This document shows positions 38,697 to 48,376 of a DNA stretch of 64,000 bases, piece after piece (within the stretch, counting starts at the first letter, position 1; the number at the start of each line of letters is the position of its first letter). The DNA is from Candidatus Fermentibacterota bacterium (GTDB lineage Bacteria; Fermentibacterota; Fermentibacteria; Fermentibacterales; JCC-6): the NCBI GenBank assembly GCA_963845085.1, contig CAWJQI010000005.1:701832-765831 (forward strand). Direction: 5' to 3'. The translations under genes were made by a program, and so were the position numbers. Below the pieces are notes generated by a model. The model had not been told where the DNA came from. It ran no database searches and was given only the letters and a program-made list of their open reading frames with translations.

Positions 38697-40007
38697 ATGA
38701 ATGGCAACTGCTCCTGTCCTCTGGAGTGTGAAAGGCACGGCGACTGCGTCGCCTGCAGAAGATTTCACGAGCTCCTGGGAAAACAGGTCTACTGCGAGAA
38801 GGATCTAGTGGAAAAGGTGCATGCAGGCTCGTCGCCATCGGTAAACCTGATGGATTACGCCGCCTGCGCCGGTTGAGCCGGCAAGATGTCTCCCGGCAGG
38901 TTGTCGGGAATTCTTGATCGCCTCCCCAGGGTCCTGTCGCCGGAATTGATCGTGGGCATGGAGTCCATGGACGATGCCGGGGTCTACCGTATTGCACCCG
39001 ACCTGGCCCTCGTTCAGACCGTGGACTTCTTCTCACCGGTCGTTGCAGGCCCTGTCGAATTCGGGCGCATCGCGGCGGCCAACAGCATGTCGGACGTCTG
39101 GGCCATGGGCGGCGACGCCATCACTGCCATGAACCTGCTGTGCTTCCCGGGAAACACGCTGGGTTCCGATATAATCGAACAGATCCTGTCCGGGGCGTGC
39201 GAAAAACTCGTTGAGGCAGGAGTCGTTCTCGTCGGCGGCCACACGATGGAGCAGGACCAGATCGTCTTCGGTCTCAGCGTCACCGGCGTCATCCACCCTG
39301 AAAAGGCGTTGCGAAACTCCGGTGCACGGCCTGGCGATGTCCTGGTTCTTACAAAACCGCTCGGTTCCGGGGTCATGACGACAGCCAACAAGGCCTCCGC
39401 CCTTCCTCCGGAATTGTTCCAACCCGTGCTGGCTTCGATGGAACGGCTGAACCTCTACGCATCCCGCATTCTCAGGGATTTCAACGTCAGCGCCATGACG
39501 GACGTGACAGGGTTCGGCCTTCTCGGGCACGCCCTCGCAATGGCAAAAAGCGCTTCGGTCTCCTTCAGGATAGAAAGCTCTTGCGTGCCCCTGTTCACAG
39601 GCGCCAGAAGTTACGCGAAGGATTTCTTCCCCGGAGGTTCCGGCAACAACAGGAAATACGTGGGGGAGAACGTTTCGGTTGCGGATGGGCTCGAAGCGGA
39701 ACTTGTCAAACTGCTGTTCGACGCACAGACTTCAGGCGGTCTTCTGGCTGCCGTTCTTCCCGAACAGGCCGATGAAATGCTCGACAGGCTTCACCAGAAC
39801 GGTGACACCGCATCAGCTGTCATCGGTGAGGTCTGCGCGCTATTCGAACGGCCCCTGCCTCGTGGTCACGCAGTAGGCTTTCAGAAACCCTCTTCTTTTC
39901 TTCTCAGCTTGGTTTCGGCCCTCTGGCGTTTCTCCTCGAGCCTGCGCTCCCGTGACGCATCGGTAGGCCTTGAGGGGATTCTTGCAACAGGTTTCCTCGA
40001 TGCCTGA
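38697..40007 (+). CDS. selD: Selenide, water dikinase (selenoprotein, Sec60) with N-terminal Cys-rich extension
   Basis: Open frame from ATG 38697 to AACAG*(TGA 38874-38876)AGKM; DDAGVY, QTVDFF, AANSMSDVWAMGG, GGHT, TDVTGFGLLGH, DAQTSGGLL; true end is probably 39876 (suspected frameshift near 39838). Confidence 0.92.
38882..38916 (+). promoter_or_regulatory. SECIS-like hairpin of selD
   Basis: UCCCGGCA-GGU-UGUCGGGA upper stem plus CAAGA/UCUUG lower stem; CAGG at the apex as in the two paralog hairpins. Confidence 0.68.
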
Positions 40008-40273
40008 TCCAGAAGCTTTTCAAGCCTTTTCCTTGCCGCCCTGAGGTTCTGCTCGAAGCTTCGGTGTTCCCTGGCCTGGAACACGATCTCGTCGCGGCCG
40101 TTCAACTTCGAACCCGCCGCTTCCCGCAGCCTCTCAGCCACATCCTCGGGTATGCCGCTGTCGGAGATGTTGAAGGTTAGTGTCACCCCGGAAAGGGTGC
40201 GATTCTGGTGCTGGCCGCCGGGACCGCCGGCGCCCATTGCCTGAATTGTTACAGCGTCAGGGTTGTATTTCAT
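39881..40273 (-). CDS. arfB: Alternative ribosome rescue peptidyl-tRNA hydrolase
   Basis: GAGGPGGQHQN; basic C-terminal tail RIPSRPT..SRERRLEEKRQR..K..R. Confidence 0.88.
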   Translation of the reverse strand: MKYNPDAVTIQAMGAGGPGGQHQNRTLSGVTLTFNISDSGIPEDVAERLREAAGSKLNGRDEIVFQAREHRSFEQNLRAARKRLEKLLDQASRKPVARIPSRPTDASRERRLEEKRQRAETKLRRKEEGF

Positions 40274-40285
40274 AATGGTGGGGGT

Positions 40286-40361
<76 letters not shown>

Positions 40362-40391
40362 ACACGAGGAGCAAATTTACTATAACCCCCC

Positions 40392-41162
40392 TTACCGGTC
40401 AAGCTCGGACAAAAGGGACTCAAGGCTCAGCCCTGATCTTATCCCGAACCTTGTGAGCGCGAAATCATACCGAACCGGGTCTTCCGGGGAAAGTCTTCTG
40501 AAACCCTCAGTGATCTCGAGGACGGCCTTCAAATCGGGGCTTTTCCTTGCCGTGAACCCGAAACGGCTGCCGACCTTCCACATGTGGGTGTCGATGGGAA
40601 CCAGAAGGAGTGACGGAGAGATCGATTCCCATCCGCCGGGATCCACGTCGTCACGTCTCACCATCCAGCGGAACCAGAGGTTCAGCCTTTTGCAGCAGCT
40701 TCCGCGCGACGGGCAGGGAAGCAGGCTCGATGCGGCACCCCCGCCCGTGATTTCCCTCACCAGAAGGCGCTGGGCTTCAAGGATGCCGGAGCGGCCGACC
40801 TCCCCTGATACAAAAGCACCCAGGGAACCGTGCTCCTGCTGAAGCCTGACCGCTCCCTCGAAAACATTCACGATGGAATCACCCGTGGTGAAGCGGTGTC
40901 TGAACCCGCTGAGCTTCTCCCGAAGCCGGACCGGAGAGCAGAGGGAAGGCCGGCTTCCCATCGAGTCGAGAACAAGGCCCACGCTTCGCAGGATCTGTCT
41001 TACCCGGCCGTAAGCCAGCCCCGACGCCAGAAGGCCCGCTATCTCCCTGTCGCGCAAATCATCGTAGCGGTACAGAAACTCGAGGGGGTCGGGATGCACG
41101 AACTCCCTGCGGTTCCATCTGATGTACAGTTCTTCAAGAAGGCCGGCGAGACCCTCAGTCAA
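40392..41162 (-). CDS. TIGR02757/DUF2400 family protein
   Basis: DPL, LAYG.V.QI, KRLNLWFRWMVR.D.VDPG.W, DP..YDFAL. Confidence 0.9.
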   Translation of the reverse strand: MTEGLAGLLEELYIRWNRREFVHPDPLEFLYRYDDLRDREIAGLLASGLAYGRVRQILRSVGLVLDSMGSRPSLCSPVRLREKLSGFRHRFTTGDSIVNVFEGAVRLQQEHGSLGAFVSGEVGRSGILEAQRLLVREITGGGAASSLLPCPSRGSCCKRLNLWFRWMVRRDDVDPGGWESISPSLLLVPIDTHMWKVGSRFGFTARKSPDLKAVLEITEGFRRLSPEDPVRYDFALTRFGIRSGLSLESLLSELDR

Positions 41163-41412
41163 GCTCCAGGTCCACCCGTTTTGCGATTACGTCGTTAAGG
41201 GCGTTGAGCTTCCTGACAAGCTCCTCCTTCTTCCCCTCCTCGCCCACAAGGTCAAGGATGATGAGCCCCTTCTCCGAGCAATCATCAAGGATCCCCTCGT
41301 GGATGCCCAGGCGGGTCTTGATCATGCAGCCCCAGCCCGTAAGAACCTTCTGCACGTTTGCAGCGGCCTGGTTCCTGTGGGATACAAGGATGACGACGAC
41401 GGTTTTCTTCAT
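41155..41412 (-). CDS. TM1266-like iron-only hydrogenase system regulator (ACT-like)
   Basis: R...A..VQKVLT..GC.IKTRLGIHE....CS..GLIIL. Confidence 0.78.
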   Translation of the reverse strand: MKKTVVVILVSHRNQAAANVQKVLTGWGCMIKTRLGIHEGILDDCSEKGLIILDLVGEEGKKEELVRKLNALNDVIAKRVDLELD

Positions 41413-41417
41413 GGAGA

Positions 41418-41570
41418 TCACTCCTTCTCGAACATGTCCTTGCCGACGCCGCAAATGGGGCATACCCAGTCTTCGGGGATATCTTCGAATGCTGTTCCGG
41501 GGGCTACTCCGCCGTCGGGATCACCCTGGGCGGGGTCATAGATCCATCCGCAAGCCTGACAAACCCACAT
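41418..41570 (-). CDS. Rubredoxin
   Basis: [34 protein letters not shown]. Confidence 0.96.
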   Translation of the reverse strand: MWVCQACGWIYDPAQGDPDGGVAPGTAFEDIPEDWVCPICGVGKDMFEKE

Positions 41571-41619
41571 TTTATTTCCTCCCTTTGTTATCGGGTCAAC
41601 TGCTTTGTTGAATATACAA

Positions 41620-41919
41620 TCAGAGTGGTTCCTGCGCCCTGTCAACAGCGCTTCCAAGGCACTCCATCACGGCTGAAAGCTGTTCCCCGTCCGCTTCATC
41701 CCCGATCATGACCTCGACCCAGCCGTTCCCGGCAGGCATGACGAAGGGATACTCCTCCGTGAGGGGTTCAAGATCGAGAGGGTGGACGAGCAGCTTCATG
41801 CTGCAGACCTGCCCGGCCTCATCGACCCTGCCTATGAGCCTGTCGCCGACGAGTATTGCGCGGCCTTCCGCATCAAGGGAAACACCCTCGAAAGACCTTA
41901 CCACTCCGATGATGTTCAT
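41620..41919 (-). CDS. Hypothetical protein
   Basis: ATGA overlap with the upstream GlmL fusion; 99 aa; no recognised motif. Confidence 0.6.
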   Translation of the reverse strand: MNIIGVVRSFEGVSLDAEGRAILVGDRLIGRVDEAGQVCSMKLLVHPLDLEPLTEEYPFVMPAGNGWVEVMIGDEADGEQLSAVMECLGSAVDRAQEPL

Positions 41920-44666
41920 TCGTGCTCCGAAAGGAACCAGGGCCTTTCCACACCCGCCCTGATCCTGGTTGCAGTGAATACCGCGCCATGTTTTCCGATC
42001 ATGGCCTCAAGTGATCGCCAAGCCTCATACTCAAAACGGATCGAACCGGTTCCCCGAACAACGAGGATGGATACGGGAAGGTCCTCACCCCCCGTCAGTA
42101 TCACTCCGGGATCGTATCCCAGGTACGTCGAAACCAGGTCGCCGGCCATGGAGGGACAGATAAGCGCCGCGGCCCGGGCTTCGCGTGCCCGCATGATGTC
42201 CTCCCATGTCAGGGGGCCTTCCAGGAGCACGATCGCGTCCTTCGCGGGGTGTGTCGAAAGCACGCCGTGGGCGTTCCTGCCCAGCCCGAGAATACCCTCC
42301 ATTCGAATGCCGCGGAAGGAAAGGGTCGCGGAGTGGGCGGGCTCAACCCTGACCACCGTCCCGAACAGCGGTGACTCAAGGCGCACCGGATCGGTCACAT
42401 ACTGCACGGTCACCGTGCCGGCTTTCCCGTCAACCGTTGTGACGGTCCCGGCCGATGGTGACTTGATCGTAACAAGCCTTTCACCGACTGCCAGCGCCTG
42501 TCCCCTTAGAACGAATTCCCCTCTCTTCACCTTGAGGAACTTCATGCTGTGACGGGGGCTCACTCCAAGCGGACCCGCAACATCGACCACATGGGGCTTC
42601 CCGTCGTAGTCCTGTATCTCCGTGAGACAGATCAGCCCCGGCGGGACGACCCTTGTCACGAGCCCCCTGACCGGGCTTTTCACCTCGTGAACAGCGTGAG
42701 TCAAGCCTGTTCCGGTCTCCCGGCGGTACACGACCATGCCCTGTGAGACCGTATCTCCCGGTCGAACCCTTACATTTGCCATGACTTCATCGGAGGGAAG
42801 GTTCCCCCTGTAGCCATCATGCCCCCTGACGTCGATGAAATACACCATGGGCGGGCTGAGCCGGTTCTGTCCGAGGAGGTGCCCGGGCTGAACATTCACG
42901 CCGGGCTGAACGAGTATCTCGCCCGGGTATGGAAGGGCGAAAGTGTGCTCCATTTCAGAGGGGCCTGTGAAAACGGTGTTTCGGGACTGTGTGGCGGGTT
43001 GTGACTTGATCTCCAGTGGGCGCCGGTCGAAGTCAAGGGGAAGCGGCTGGGACGATTTCGTCCTGCAGTCGACAAGAAGGGGAACGTCTTCAGTCTCGCG
43101 CCAGCCATCCGCTTCATGGTCCTTCCCGTTCCTGAGGAAAAGAAAGTCGCCGCCGGCAACGCATATCTCCCCTTCGGGTCCCCTCACCTTGACGGCTGTG
43201 CGTCCGTCGCGCATTCCGTAAAGCGGGGTGACCACCCGGCATACCGTTCTGAGGCAGTTCTTCCTGTAGTAATCCAGGGCCATTTCGGGGTACACCGTGC
43301 TGAGAACGCCCATGTGTGGGCTGTGGAACCTGCCGTCGACCATCAGGGTTGTCACGCCCCTCGGATGAAAGCCCTGGGCGAGTATCCATGCGGCACGGAT
43401 GTCGTCAGAGTGGGCCAGAACGCCCCCCGCCCCTATCAGGGTTCCGAACTCGCTCACGCGGAATCTGTGCGCCCCGTCGATGGTTCTGAATTTCTCATCG
43501 AATTTGCATCTCCCGATCAGCTTCAGCCTGTCCAGGAAACCCACCCTCTCCCTCTGGTAGGAAAAATCCATGTGCTGCTCATACGCCAGCCTCATGCCCT
43601 CGGCGGCACATACATGCTCGACGAGGCGCCCGAAATCATCAGACGGCGGCGTTGCGGGGAAGAGGGTTTTCTCAATCACCCTGTCGCGGACGACAGCCTC
43701 GAGGGCTCCCGGCAGATGGCGCATGACCATCGATGGCTCCGCTTCGCGAAGGATGTTGGAGATGCTGTAGCTCATGCCGATGTTGGCGCTTACCGTGCGC
43801 TGCACCCCTCCGCCGGTGATGCTGAATACATCGGTGGTCGCTCCGCCCATGTCCACGAGAAGGATCTTCTCTTCCCTGCCCTCTGCAAAACGGGCGAGTA
43901 TCCTCTCGACGCCTGACGGGGTGGGTATGACGGGAGCCGATGCTGCAGAGGCAACGGTGTGGTAGCCGGGAGCCATCTGCATCACGTGGTCCATGAAAAG
44001 GGAGTGAACGACGCCGATTGCGGGCCTGAGATCGAATTCGGTGCCGGAGGGTCTGATGTTGCCCGCGAAGTGCAGCTCGAAATCGTCGCCCAGGGTCTCA
44101 CGGACGTACTCGCGGGCGCCCGTGTTGCCGCAGAAAACAACAGGAAGCCTGCCCCTGCCGTACTTGGGCCGTGGAGCCGCGAGGGCGAGAAGCCGGGCCA
44201 TGTTCACAACCGAGGCGACCGCACCGCCCTCGTAACCGCCCGCCATCACAACGAGGTCGGGGGACAGGCCGCTCATCCTCTGAATCTTCTCAACCCTCGG
44301 GGTTTCGTCGTCGATTGTGAAAGCGTCAAGCACCACGCCCCCGGCACCGCATGTCACGGCCCGGGCCATGACCCCGGTGTCCCAGGAAGCCAGGGCTATC
44401 ACGAGGATCTGAAGACCTCCGCCTGCCGAGCTGGTCGTGTAGAACGGCACAAGCAGCTTGTCACCGTCCCTTAGGGCGATGCCGGTCTTTGTGGCAAGTC
44501 TGTCGACGGCGCGGAACAAGCCCACCCTGACGTCTTCGCAGGGGCTTTCAACGGTCGTCGGTTCGTCGGCGCTTCCAACGACTTCGAGCCGGCCATCGGA
44601 TATCTCGAGAAGAAGCGCCTTTGTGGTTGTGCTGCCGATGTCGGTGACAAGAATGATCTCGCTCAT
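41916..44666 (-). CDS. GlmL/MutL-type (glutamate mutase L) ASKHA ATPase fused to barrel-sandwich hybrid repeats
   Basis: TDIGSTTTKA, SSAGGGL, PTP, VDMGGATTDVFS, RTVSANIGMSYS, GAGGVL; C-terminal V.V.PG..V..G and KSP..G.V..V repeats. Confidence 0.82.
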   Translation of the reverse strand: MSEIILVTDIGSTTTKALLLEISDGRLEVVGSADEPTTVESPCEDVRVGLFRAVDRLATKTGIALRDGDKLLVPFYTTSSAGGGLQILVIALASWDTGVMARAVTCGAGGVVLDAFTIDDETPRVEKIQRMSGLSPDLVVMAGGYEGGAVASVVNMARLLALAAPRPKYGRGRLPVVFCGNTGAREYVRETLGDDFELHFAGNIRPSGTEFDLRPAIGVVHSLFMDHVMQMAPGYHTVASAASAPVIPTPSGVERILARFAEGREEKILLVDMGGATTDVFSITGGGVQRTVSANIGMSYSISNILREAEPSMVMRHLPGALEAVVRDRVIEKTLFPATPPSDDFGRLVEHVCAAEGMRLAYEQHMDFSYQRERVGFLDRLKLIGRCKFDEKFRTIDGAHRFRVSEFGTLIGAGGVLAHSDDIRAAWILAQGFHPRGVTTLMVDGRFHSPHMGVLSTVYPEMALDYYRKNCLRTVCRVVTPLYGMRDGRTAVKVRGPEGEICVAGGDFLFLRNGKDHEADGWRETEDVPLLVDCRTKSSQPLPLDFDRRPLEIKSQPATQSRNTVFTGPSEMEHTFALPYPGEILVQPGVNVQPGHLLGQNRLSPPMVYFIDVRGHDGYRGNLPSDEVMANVRVRPGDTVSQGMVVYRRETGTGLTHAVHEVKSPVRGLVTRVVPPGLICLTEIQDYDGKPHVVDVAGPLGVSPRHSMKFLKVKRGEFVLRGQALAVGERLVTIKSPSAGTVTTVDGKAGTVTVQYVTDPVRLESPLFGTVVRVEPAHSATLSFRGIRMEGILGLGRNAHGVLSTHPAKDAIVLLEGPLTWEDIMRAREARAAALICPSMAGDLVSTYLGYDPGVILTGGEDLPVSILVVRGTGSIRFEYEAWRSLEAMIGKHGAVFTATRIRAGVERPWFLSEHE

Positions 44667-44708
44667 GAATCATCTCCTTCACCCAGAATTTGAGGGCCGG
44701 GGAAGGCG

Positions 44709-44737
44709 GGGCGCCCCCGGCCGTGCCGGGGGCGCCC
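44709..44737. other. Perfect 13-bp all-GC intercistronic stem-loop
   Basis: gggcgcccccggc-cgt-gccgggggcgccc between the stop at 44743 and the start at 44666. Confidence 0.85.
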
Positions 44738-44742
44738 TGTGA

Positions 44743-45372
44743 TCAGTTGATCAGACCGAGCCAGTCGTTGAGAAGGAACTGTATCCTTCCGATGAGAAGG
44801 CTGATTCTGCCCATCACTGTGAAGCCGAACGTGGCCCCGAACCCGATCATTATGACCCATATGCCGATCTTTGAGCCGGTTCCGAAGAACGGCCCCTTGT
44901 GCGGCTTGCTGAAGAAGAAATAGATCAGGGCTGCAAGGGTCCCGAATACGAGGATGACGTTTCCGGCAACGATGTGCCAGGGCATTCCCGCCTCATAGAG
45001 CGGAAGAATGGTGGCCTCGAGCTGCCTTAGAACGCTTGCCTTCATGGAAAGCGGGAACCCCACGCCCATGCTCGTTCCCATGATGAAGGCCATCGGGTAG
45101 CGCGAGAGCCACGCTATCTTCGGGAAGAACCGGGTTATGTACAGCAGGCCCAGCAGCGCCGGAACGAACAGGATGTACTCGCCGTCGATCGCTATGGGAT
45201 CGATGAGCCTTGGTTTCAGCACCTGGGTGTAGGTCACCACGATGAAGTACCCCGTGGATATGCCGACCACCAGGTGTTCACCAAGCCTGTACAGGGGGTT
45301 TTCCTTGTAGAGGAAGGAGTACATGGCAAGGGTGAAGATCGCCGCGGTCCAGATTCCGATGGTTTCGTACAC
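44743..45372 (-). CDS. Conserved hypothetical integral membrane protein
   Basis: About 6 TM segments; SFLYKENPLYRLGEH...GFGATFG.TVMGR. Confidence 0.8.
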   Translation of the reverse strand: MYETIGIWTAAIFTLAMYSFLYKENPLYRLGEHLVVGISTGYFIVVTYTQVLKPRLIDPIAIDGEYILFVPALLGLLYITRFFPKIAWLSRYPMAFIMGTSMGVGFPLSMKASVLRQLEATILPLYEAGMPWHIVAGNVILVFGTLAALIYFFFSKPHKGPFFGTGSKIGIWVIMIGFGATFGFTVMGRISLLIGRIQFLLNDWLGLIN

Positions 45373-45375
45373 GGT

Positions 45376-46377
45376 CTACCTCCTTCCCTTGAGCAGGGCG
45401 CCCTTTTTGTGGAATCCCCCGGCGAAGTAGGCGATATTGCCGAGAACTATGAAGAAAAGGATCAGCAGGTGAGCTGCGTTCTGCACATCCATGCCGATGA
45501 ACGCACGGTCAGGCTCGTCAAAGTATCCGGCCTGCTGCAGCAGCACCTCGTACTCGGCCGCGCCCCTCAGGCCGCCCATCTGTCCCACGAGCTGCCCGGA
45601 CTGAATGAAGATGGTGTAGTCGGTTGCGCTCACCGCAGTGACTCCGAAGGCAACAGGGAGACCGATCTTCTCGCGGCCGTATGTGATCCACCAGGTGCAC
45701 GCGGCCGTGCCCGAGAAGGTCGTGGCAAGGTCAACATCCCGAAGGCTCTTGTGCTCCTGAAGCATGGGCATTTCCACAAGCGGGTTGCCGTTCATGTCTT
45801 CGGGGTACTGGGAGGCTATGGACGACGTCATGCCGAGGATCACAAGGCTGAAGTAGGGCAGATACCCGAGCTTCACGAAGTCGCGCCCCTCGAAGACCCA
45901 ACCCGAGGAATTGGCAGGAAGAACGTTTCCGTCGGCTTCCCACGCGGCCTGAAGCTCGTCTCTGTTCGTGATGCCCTGATCGCGGTACGATGCCCAGTCC
46001 TGCCAGGAAACCACATGGAAGTACCCGTCGAGGGCTGGGTTGGTCATGTAGCCGAAACCGGATTCGAGCATGCCCTGAGCCAGAGGTGCGTTGGCCGTGA
46101 AGAAAACCGGGATGTGCCTTGCGAAGGCATGCCTGGTTACCGCCACCGCCATCGGCATGTTTTCGGGATCCGTGCCCGGATCGAAGTCGAAGCTTACGAA
46201 GATGGCGTTTTCCGGGCCGAGGTTTTCAACGTAGTCGAAGATGGAAATAACGTGCTGGGTCGGGATCACCGGCAGGCCGAAGGGCATGAAGAACGGCACG
46301 ATGCATACCACGCCGATGAGGAGGAAGATCCAGCGCCTGTCGAGGTTGAGCATTCTGCTCCAAATGCTGTCTTTCAT
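45376..46377 (-). CDS. Conserved hypothetical membrane-anchored protein
   Basis: N-terminal DRRWIF TM; soluble alpha/beta domain; SGQ..G..GGLRGAAEYE; C-terminal TM. Confidence 0.8.
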   Translation of the reverse strand: MKDSIWSRMLNLDRRWIFLLIGVVCIVPFFMPFGLPVIPTQHVISIFDYVENLGPENAIFVSFDFDPGTDPENMPMAVAVTRHAFARHIPVFFTANAPLAQGMLESGFGYMTNPALDGYFHVVSWQDWASYRDQGITNRDELQAAWEADGNVLPANSSGWVFEGRDFVKLGYLPYFSLVILGMTSSIASQYPEDMNGNPLVEMPMLQEHKSLRDVDLATTFSGTAACTWWITYGREKIGLPVAFGVTAVSATDYTIFIQSGQLVGQMGGLRGAAEYEVLLQQAGYFDEPDRAFIGMDVQNAAHLLILFFIVLGNIAYFAGGFHKKGALLKGRR

Positions 46378-46388
46378 TCCTTCACCTC

Positions 46389-47033
46389 CTAATCACCGGC
46401 GCCGCCGAGCCAGTTACGCTCGACGCCGAAAATGATCTTGAGCTGGGTTGCAAGGATGCCGAACCCCACGCCAAGACCGATTGCCCTTTTTGCTGCATTG
46501 TTGGGAAAGTCGATGATCCAGAGGCCGAGCTTCGGGAACCAGCTCCCGAGGAGCTCGCCGATCGGGACCTGGCCCATCATGACTATGACCGCCGTGAGAA
46601 GAAGGATGGTGGCCAGCATGCTCTTCGCACGGAACGCCCTGAATGCGGCGCTCGCGATGTAGAAGGCCAGCAGGCTGAACATGGTCGACTGGATGGGCAC
46701 CTGGATGTGCATGAAGGCGAAGTGATAGACGCCGGGCTCGTCCATTCCCCCACCGACCGATACGGGGAGAAGAAGGGCGAAGATCGGCATCAGGTAGATG
46801 GGGATCAGAACTGCGAGGCTGTACGGCCAGTTTGCGGCCCTGTTCCGAACCCTGTGCCCGTGAAGCCTGGTAAGGCTGCCCACGCCCAGGATCAGGGCGA
46901 AGGCGCCGATGATGGGCACCCAGATCGTATAGTTGTCGAAGATATCCTGCGAGATCTGGTGGGGGATGAAGTACTGAATGATCATCAGCACTCCGCCCAC
47001 CAGCACTATCATGAGGGGAACAGCTCTCTTCAC
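46389..47033 (-). CDS. Conserved hypothetical integral membrane protein
   Basis: Multiple TM segments; TMFSLLAFYIASAAFRAFR...A.RAI.LG...G.ER. Confidence 0.8.
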   Translation of the reverse strand: MKRAVPLMIVLVGGVLMIIQYFIPHQISQDIFDNYTIWVPIIGAFALILGVGSLTRLHGHRVRNRAANWPYSLAVLIPIYLMPIFALLLPVSVGGGMDEPGVYHFAFMHIQVPIQSTMFSLLAFYIASAAFRAFRAKSMLATILLLTAVIVMMGQVPIGELLGSWFPKLGLWIIDFPNNAAKRAIGLGVGFGILATQLKIIFGVERNWLGGAGD

Positions 47034-47056
47034 TGCTCAATACTCCTTCCGGTGGG

Positions 47057-48352
47057 CTAATCCACGATCTGCGAGGTCACAATGTCTTTGAGCCACGCAA
47101 GGGTTTGGGTTTCCGCGAACATGTCCACCAGTGCCAGAACGATGCCCATTGTGATGAAGCCCATCAGGATCGCCTTGCACGAGTCCAACCCCTTGATCGA
47201 GCCCATCTGCATGGGCTCACGGCTGAGGTATGCGCTGGCTGCGTAGAGCTCCTCACCGATCAGGGTGTAGTCGCAGGTTGTGATGAAGAACGGAAGCTGC
47301 GTGACCGCATCGGTCCCCGCGATCTGGATCGCGCCGGAAAGCGAACCCGTCTCGGCGAGGATGAGGCTTTCCGCCCAGAACATGCCGAGATAGAAATTCG
47401 TTGCGGGTTTCTGGCGCATCATGATGCCGTTCACACCCGCCACGAAGGCGAACTGGCTCTGGGTGAGGAAGAAAACGCTGTCAGGGTCGTAGGAATCGGG
47501 TCGGCCGGCCTCGAGGTACGCCTGCTTCACAGCTTCCTCCGCGACGGTGTACACTATGGGGTCACGGTTGGGAACGATGAGCGCGCTCTGGTACTCGGCC
47601 ACCTTGCGGGCAACCCTGCCGAGAATGGTGAGGCTGGCAATCGTAGCCACGTCGGAAATGTCGGAAAGACCAGGCACATAGAGGATGGGCTTGCCCATCT
47701 CCGTCGCCCTTCCGATGGCCTCGTCTATGGCTTCGATCCCCGCGATGGGGCGCAGGTACATCGTGGCGCCCATCTTTGCCCTGGAGAAGAAGTAGAAGAT
47801 CAGCCCGATGAAGATGAGGCAGGAAACCAGCACCCTGACCTTGCCCTGGTGGAACCACTGACCGCTGGCCACGGTCTGGGCGACCTGCGGATCACTGTCA
47901 ACCACCGTTTCATCGAGGTACATGGCGCTTATGCGATACTCGTAGACCTCTCCTGCAATGACGGGGAAATCAGGGTCATAGCCGTCGATGAATTCGGTTC
48001 CCTCGCCGACCGGGATCACTCCGACAACGGCCCACTCCTCGTCGGGCGCCCCTTCCGGCCTCCTGTTGACCAGGTAGGCTGCGAAAAGTTCGGTCTGCTC
48101 GGCCTCGCTGCCGGGCGAAAAGCTCAGGATGAGCCTGTCACCGGCGTCGTCGGGATGATCGATCACCGTGATGCCGCCCGGCGGGATGAGTTCGACCCCG
48201 CTGAGGGGCGAAGTCTCCACGGGAGGAAGCTCCGTCGTCTCATCGGTTGAAACGGCTGGTTCCGCCGGTGAGGGTTGCTGTTCAGTCTCCCCGGTCTGGC
48301 CCAGGGCAACCGAGGCCAGAAGCAGGAGAACCAGATAAAGAATCCTTGTCAT
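47057..48352 (-). CDS. DUF6754-like membrane-anchored protein with periplasmic FN3-like domain
   Basis: Signal peptide; D.PDDAGD; TM; GRATEMGKP...DYTLIGEELYAASAYL. Confidence 0.82.
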   Translation of the reverse strand: MTRILYLVLLLLASVALGQTGETEQQPSPAEPAVSTDETTELPPVETSPLSGVELIPPGGITVIDHPDDAGDRLILSFSPGSEAEQTELFAAYLVNRRPEGAPDEEWAVVGVIPVGEGTEFIDGYDPDFPVIAGEVYEYRISAMYLDETVVDSDPQVAQTVASGQWFHQGKVRVLVSCLIFIGLIFYFFSRAKMGATMYLRPIAGIEAIDEAIGRATEMGKPILYVPGLSDISDVATIASLTILGRVARKVAEYQSALIVPNRDPIVYTVAEEAVKQAYLEAGRPDSYDPDSVFFLTQSQFAFVAGVNGIMMRQKPATNFYLGMFWAESLILAETGSLSGAIQIAGTDAVTQLPFFITTCDYTLIGEELYAASAYLSREPMQMGSIKGLDSCKAILMGFITMGIVLALVDMFAETQTLAWLKDIVTSQIVD

Positions 48353-48376
48353 CGGCCCGCCTTTCCGGTTCAACGA

